Below the pieces are notes generated by a model. The model did not search any database. It was not told the origin of the DNA and saw nothing but the letters and a program-made list of their open reading frames with translations. The position numbers and the translations under genes are program-made. DNA of 64,000 nt from the human T2T-CHM13v2.0 reference genome, Homo sapiens: assembly GCF_009914755.1 (NCBI RefSeq), contig NC_060941.1. One strand, written 5' to 3'. Below, one piece after another: positions 57,831 to 64,000 of this stretch (position 1 is its first letter; each line of letters begins with the position of its first letter).

Positions 57831-57925
57831 CAACGTGCGCGGACGCCGCCGCCGCCGCCGCCGCTGGAGTCCGCCGGGCAGAGCCGGCCGCGGAGCCCGG
57901 AGCAGGCGGAGGGAAGTGCCCCTAG

Positions 57926-59044
<1,119 letters not shown>

Positions 59045-59735
59045 AACTCGGGGGCCCCCTGCCCGCACCCGGACACTTGATCGATCCCCACCGACGCCCC
59101 CTGCACCGCCTCCAACCAGTTCCACCACCCTCTAGCGAGGGTTTTCAATGAACTTTTTTTTTTTTTTTTTTTTTTTTTCTGGGCTACAGAGACCTAGCTT
59201 TCTGGTTCCTGTAATGCACTGTTTAACTGTGTAGGAATGTATATGTGTGTGTATATACGGTCCCAGTTTTAATTTACTTATTAAAAGGTCAGTATTATAC
59301 GTTAAAAGTTACCGGCTTCTACTGTATTTTTAAAAAAAAGTAAGCAAAAGAAAAAAAAAAGAACAGAGAAAAGAGAGACTTATTCTGGTTGTTGCTAATA
59401 ATGTTAACCTGCTATTTATATTCCAGTGCCCTTCGCATGGCGAAGCAGGGGGGAAAAGTTATTTTTTTCTTGAAGTACAAAGAGACGGGGGAACTTTTGT
59501 AGAGGACTTTTTAAAAGCTATTTTCCATTCTTCGGAAAGTGTTTTGGTTTTCCTTGGACCTCGAAGAAGCTATAGAGTTCAATGTTATTTTACAGTTATT
59601 GTAAATATAGAGAACAAATGGAATGACTAATCATTGTAAATTAAGAGTATCTGCTATTTATTCTTTATAATATCCCGTGTAGTAAATGAGAAAGAAGTGC
59701 AGAGCAGGATTAAAGAAAACCACTAAAACCGACTG
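59045..59735 (+). other. NOG: NOG 3'UTR with T25 tract, miRNA seed matches and Pumilio elements
   Basis: T25 at 59154-59178; TGCACTG 59215-59221; CAGTATTA 59290-59297; TGTATATA 59250-59257; TGTAAATA 59600-59607. 3' end inferred from ATTAAA. Confidence 0.75.
59709..59714 (+). terminator. NOG: Polyadenylation signal ATTAAA of NOG
   Basis: ATTAAA at the end of the AU-rich UTR, followed ~35 nt later by a GU/U-rich downstream element (tttctgtgttggtgattg). Confidence 0.65.
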
Positions 59736-59899
59736 CGCTCCACACTGATTTTCTGTGTTGGTGATTGATGGGGGTGGGAGGGCGTGGGAGGGGGCGGGTA
59801 GGGGATGCTGCTGTGCCTCCTACCCCGTTGGGGAAGGGGCTCATCCCCTCGGACTCCCCTCCTGTGGTATGATGGAGGTGACTTAGTTTTTTGAGGGCG

Positions 59900-62020
59900 T
59901 TGGGGGGGGGGGGGCGATATTCTCTAACCCCTCACTAAAACATCACGTGGCCTCCGCCTAGTCTCCTAGCTTTTCCCCCTATGTCACCAAAGCTCGGGCC
60001 TGTAGTGACCTCGACACCCAGCCGGCCCCCTGGAGCTGACCCCAGGCTGGGCCGAGGGGCGGGGGGAGGGTGGGCGGCCGCTTTGTCCTGCCTGACAGGC
60101 CCTTCACAATGGGGACACGTGTCTTTCACACCTACCCTGGGGGCGGAGTGCCGCTGAAACTTGACCCCCGAGGAATGGGGAGGGGGGGAGATCAGAGCGC
60201 GCCCACCCAGATCCCGCCACCCCTCCCGCCTCGTACCCCCCACCTCAATATCCAGCCCATGTTAACCCTTTGCATGCCCGGAAGCTACGGTGGTACGAAC
60301 TGAGGCAATCCCTTGGAATCAACAAGGCTCACAGCCTCCGGGATCTTGCAGGTCCGAGCCCCGAAATCCCAGGCCCTCGGCCGGAGGTGCTGGGGATATC
60401 AGGGAGATTTGACACTGGCCTCCCCTCTCCCCGGGGACCTAAGGAAGACTAAGGGCCATGGTTTCGGAGGGGTCCGAATCTGGGTGAAAATCACCACCTC
60501 TGGCATCTGCTTTTGGGAAGAGAGTATGCCTGTGCTCGGGCACTTTCTCCCCTTGAGGGGTGGGGAGGAGGGAGAAATCGGAACCGGAATCTTTGCGCTT
60601 TAAGATTAGATAGGGGCAGAAGGCACGTAACCCATTAAAGGGACGTGCAAAACATCACTCCCACCCCACCCCTTAAAAAGCCAACTCCTTGGGACCGACG
60701 CCTGACTCTCGCATGCGTCCCTCCGCCTCAGTCTCCAGTGGCGCCCGTCCTCACAGCTCCACGTGGGCCAGCTTCCTGACACTGCTCAGCGCTCTCTTTA
60801 TTTATCTTGGACTCCAAAGTCGCTCTCCTTTGCTCCCTCCCCACCTCCCTGCCACCTCTCCGCGCCTCCCTCCCGGCGTTCCTTCCACCCCACCCCCCAC
60901 CCCCCCCAACCCCCCAAGTCCGGAGTCCCGGCGAATCTATGCTAATTATTTCAAACCTGCGCCTGGTCCCCAGCGCAGTCTCAATGCCCCCGGCCCCGCC
61001 CGCCCTGTCCCTCCAGCCCGGCGCTTTCTTCCCTCCCGACGCAGCCTCGATGGCTCCTCATTTCAATAGCCTGGCCCCGGAGCCGAGCCCCCTCCCCGGC
61101 GCTGCCTCCGTCAGCCGTGGGACAGACGTTAGGGTATTCATTAACTGAGAGCCGAGGAATAACGGCATTATTCCCCCCAGAGAGGGCACCCTGCCCCCGC
61201 GACTATCTGAGGCTTCATTGTAAAAGGATTAAAAGTTAAAGACCTCCATCTTATGATTCTTTCATTTAATCTTCCTGGCGCCTGGGAGACATGCTCGATG
61301 GATGATGGCTTTTAAAATATTCCTAATGTCGGCTACCTTAAGACTCCAAGCTGGGCAAACAAACGTAATTTATTTCCAGAAGAAAGGGGATATTGAGATG
61401 TTTAAGTTTATGAACTGCCGTCCCCATGTATATTTGTTAAGTTCTGACAAATACCCAAATAACGTTAAAATCAGCCATTCATCACTTATGAATTTATGCA
61501 AAACTTTCTGTGCCCCGGGCCAATATTTTTTTAGACAGAGTTTCACTTGCGAGGGGCGGAGGTGGTGGGGAGTGGGGAAGAGGAGGGGTCTTATGCGAGG
61601 GGGGCGAAAGCAAGAATTTTCATGCCTGGTAAACACGCGAATTATGCGAAGAGAGTTATTCCCAGCTGGGCGGGCAGCCAAAACTCGGAGAGCGCGCCGA
61701 GGCCAGCGCCCCCACCCCCACGTTGGCAATGTCATTGGATTACAATGCGAGGTCTTCCCCTCCGCGACGCCCCCTCCTCCCTCCGCGGGCCCGCCCGCCC
61801 GCGCCCCTCCTCCCCACCCCTGCCCACTTGGAAAACCCGCCCGCAGCCGGCGAGCTTCTCGGCTTTCAGAGCAGGAGCCGGTGTGAGCTGGGAGGACGCG
61901 GGTTGCAGACGTGACCGGCGACAGACAGACCACCGGATGCACAGAACCAGAGAGCAGGCCCGAAGCCGCTGCGGCCGCGGGAGAGGACCCAGCGGGACCC
62001 AGGCAGTCCCAGAAGCTAAC
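59900..62020. promoter_or_regulatory. Downstream CpG-rich region with an embedded AT-rich, motif-dense block
   Basis: High CpG at 60000-61200 and 61550-62000 around a repeat-free AT-rich segment (61200-61550). Confidence 0.6.
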
Positions 62021-63527
62021 GAAGGAAGTGCTGGTCCTGGAACATTGTGCCTAATGCGCAGCTGGTTACCTCTCCATTATTATTAATGCCGATAATACTA
62101 ATAATAGCATCAATGCGGAAAGGAGGAGAGAGCTCTGGGTAAAGAGGCAAGAAAACTGTCCTCTTCGGTCATCCAGTGCCTATCTCCTGTAAGGAGGACA
62201 ATTGATCTAGTGATTTCTGCGGTTCTGACACCTGTGTCTATGAATTTATGCGGCTGCTGGGGGGCTGTGTCTCCCCAGAGTGGAGATTTATAACTATTAC
62301 AGATACATACGTGTCAACTTTTTCAAATACTGGAAGAGAATGGCAAGGTTTCCACCAACCCATTCCTCCCACTAGAATTTCGAGAATTCACTCATCAACC
62401 TCCTATTTGCAAGCCTCCCCTTTATTCTTTCCTTCCACTTTCAATGTCCCCCCCCCACCACACACACACACACACCGCACACAATCTCTCTCTCTCTCTC
62501 TGCACACAAGAGCAAACTGAGGCCCAATGACCAAACTGAGAGGGAAAGCCAGCCCTCTCAATGGAGGGTCCTCTGGCCCCCAGAGTCTGGGAACGGGATT
62601 TAGTTCTCTGTTGAGATGGAGAAGGCCAGGGGTCCATTATCAGTCTTGCTTCTGAGACTCCCTGGGAAAGGGGGTTGAAGTTTGGTGGCAGCTGCAAGAA
62701 GAAGCTGGCTGCGTATTAAGAGCTCTTAGCTGTGCTCGATGGGGACTACAGGGGGAGGGCCCAGCCCATATTGGTATTTTGAAGGGGGTGATTCATCCTT
62801 TTTCTTTAATGCTCTTGGAATGTCAGAGCTAGAGGGGAGCTTGGATTCCAATGTCCACCGCTCAATTTACCGATGAGAAGACTAAGACCTCAGCAGCCAC
62901 TTGCTGAAGATCACACAGATTAATACAGTTGAGATTGGCTAGGTGGTGCCTCTCTAGTGAGCCTCATCATGATTCTCTTTTTCTTGTTCTCTTTTTTCTT
63001 TGCTTTTTTTTTTAATTGATGGGAGCGAGTTCTCCCTAAAGTTGACATTATAACAACTGATCATCAGCAAGCGGATCAATCCTTCTGTTGTACCTGTTTA
63101 GCAGGTGTTTATTAATGGTTTGTGATGTGCCAAGCGGTGTGTTAGGCCTTTACACTCATTTTCAACTAAGGCCTCTAGTGTCCAAATAAGGAAACTGAAG
63201 CTCAGAGAGTTTAAGCATCTTCCCCAAAGCCTCATAGTAAGTGACACGGTTACAGTTCAAAATCCAAGCTGACACCACCAAAGCCTATGCTTCTTCCAAA
63301 TAATCTTCCTTCCTTTAAGGACTTGAACACCGATCTTGGGAGACAAAATGCATGCCACGCTGTGAGCTGGTAAGTCTCAAGTCAAGTTCTGTAGGGGTTC
63401 ATGCCTGGTAAGCCACACAAAAAAATATTTGCACACCCTGTTATGTGCCAGCACCCCCCACTTCCTCCCCCACACCCCCACAAGGAAGTTGCAATGCAAT
63501 AGAGGAGATAAGAAATGAAGAACTGGT

Positions 63528-63822
63528 GGCTGGGTGCAGTGGCACACACCTGCAATCTCAGCAATTTGGGAGGCCGAGGCAGGAGGATTGCTTGAGGCCA
63601 GAGTTCAAAATCAGCCTGGGCAACTTCATGTCTACAAAAAATTTAAAAACTAGCCAGGCATGGTGGCACATTCCTGTAGTCCTAGCTACTCAGGAGACTG
63701 AAGCAGGAGGATCTCTTGAGTCCAGGAATTCAAGGCTGCAGTGAGCTGTGACCTGCCTGTGCTCCAGCCTGGGCAACAGAGTGAGGCCCTGTCTCTTAAA
63801 AAAATAAATAAATAAATAAATA
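63528..63822 (+). mobile_element. Alu (J-like)
   Basis: TSD aagaactgg. Confidence 0.92.
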
Positions 63823-64000
63823 AGAACTGGGTAAGAGATAAAAGAGGAGGTAAAGCATCAAATAAACCTGGGCCGGAAAAAGGAGGGCTCACAGCCAGAG
63901 AAGGCATTTGACAGAAGCCTCAAAGAACAGACTGAATGTCAACCCACTGAAGTGAGGATGGAGGAGGAGATGTGAGGATGGAGAAAGCAGTATATATTAA

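Overview
Primate, almost certainly human, genomic DNA containing the single-exon NOG (noggin) gene near the right end: CDS 58346-59044 on the + strand, 232 aa, matching human noggin as I recall it. The gene sits in a large CpG island with a TATA-like box, GCC repeats, a consensus CTCF site, two 5'UTR uORFs and a motif-rich 3'UTR, and a second CpG-rich block lies downstream. The ~56 kb upstream has no other genes and is dominated by interspersed repeats: about 20 Alus, MaLR/ERVL LTRs and L1/L2/MIR relics. It also holds an ~8 kb degenerate ERV-L provirus (MLT2 LTRs, GACAC target-site duplication, TSD) inserted in MER82 and carrying a nested Tigger3 and Alu, plus an RPL39 processed pseudogene. 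I find no new protein-coding system. The most unusual items are (i) a ~510 bp TSD-flanked, polyadenylated retrocopy of an apparently spliced MER21-LTR chimeric RNA inside the provirus, and (ii) two non-tandem local duplications of unique sequence (~185 bp at ~94% identity and ~225 bp at ~87%), the first carrying enhancer-like motifs ~16 kb upstream of NOG. Repeat subfamily names come from remembered consensus sequences and are approximate.
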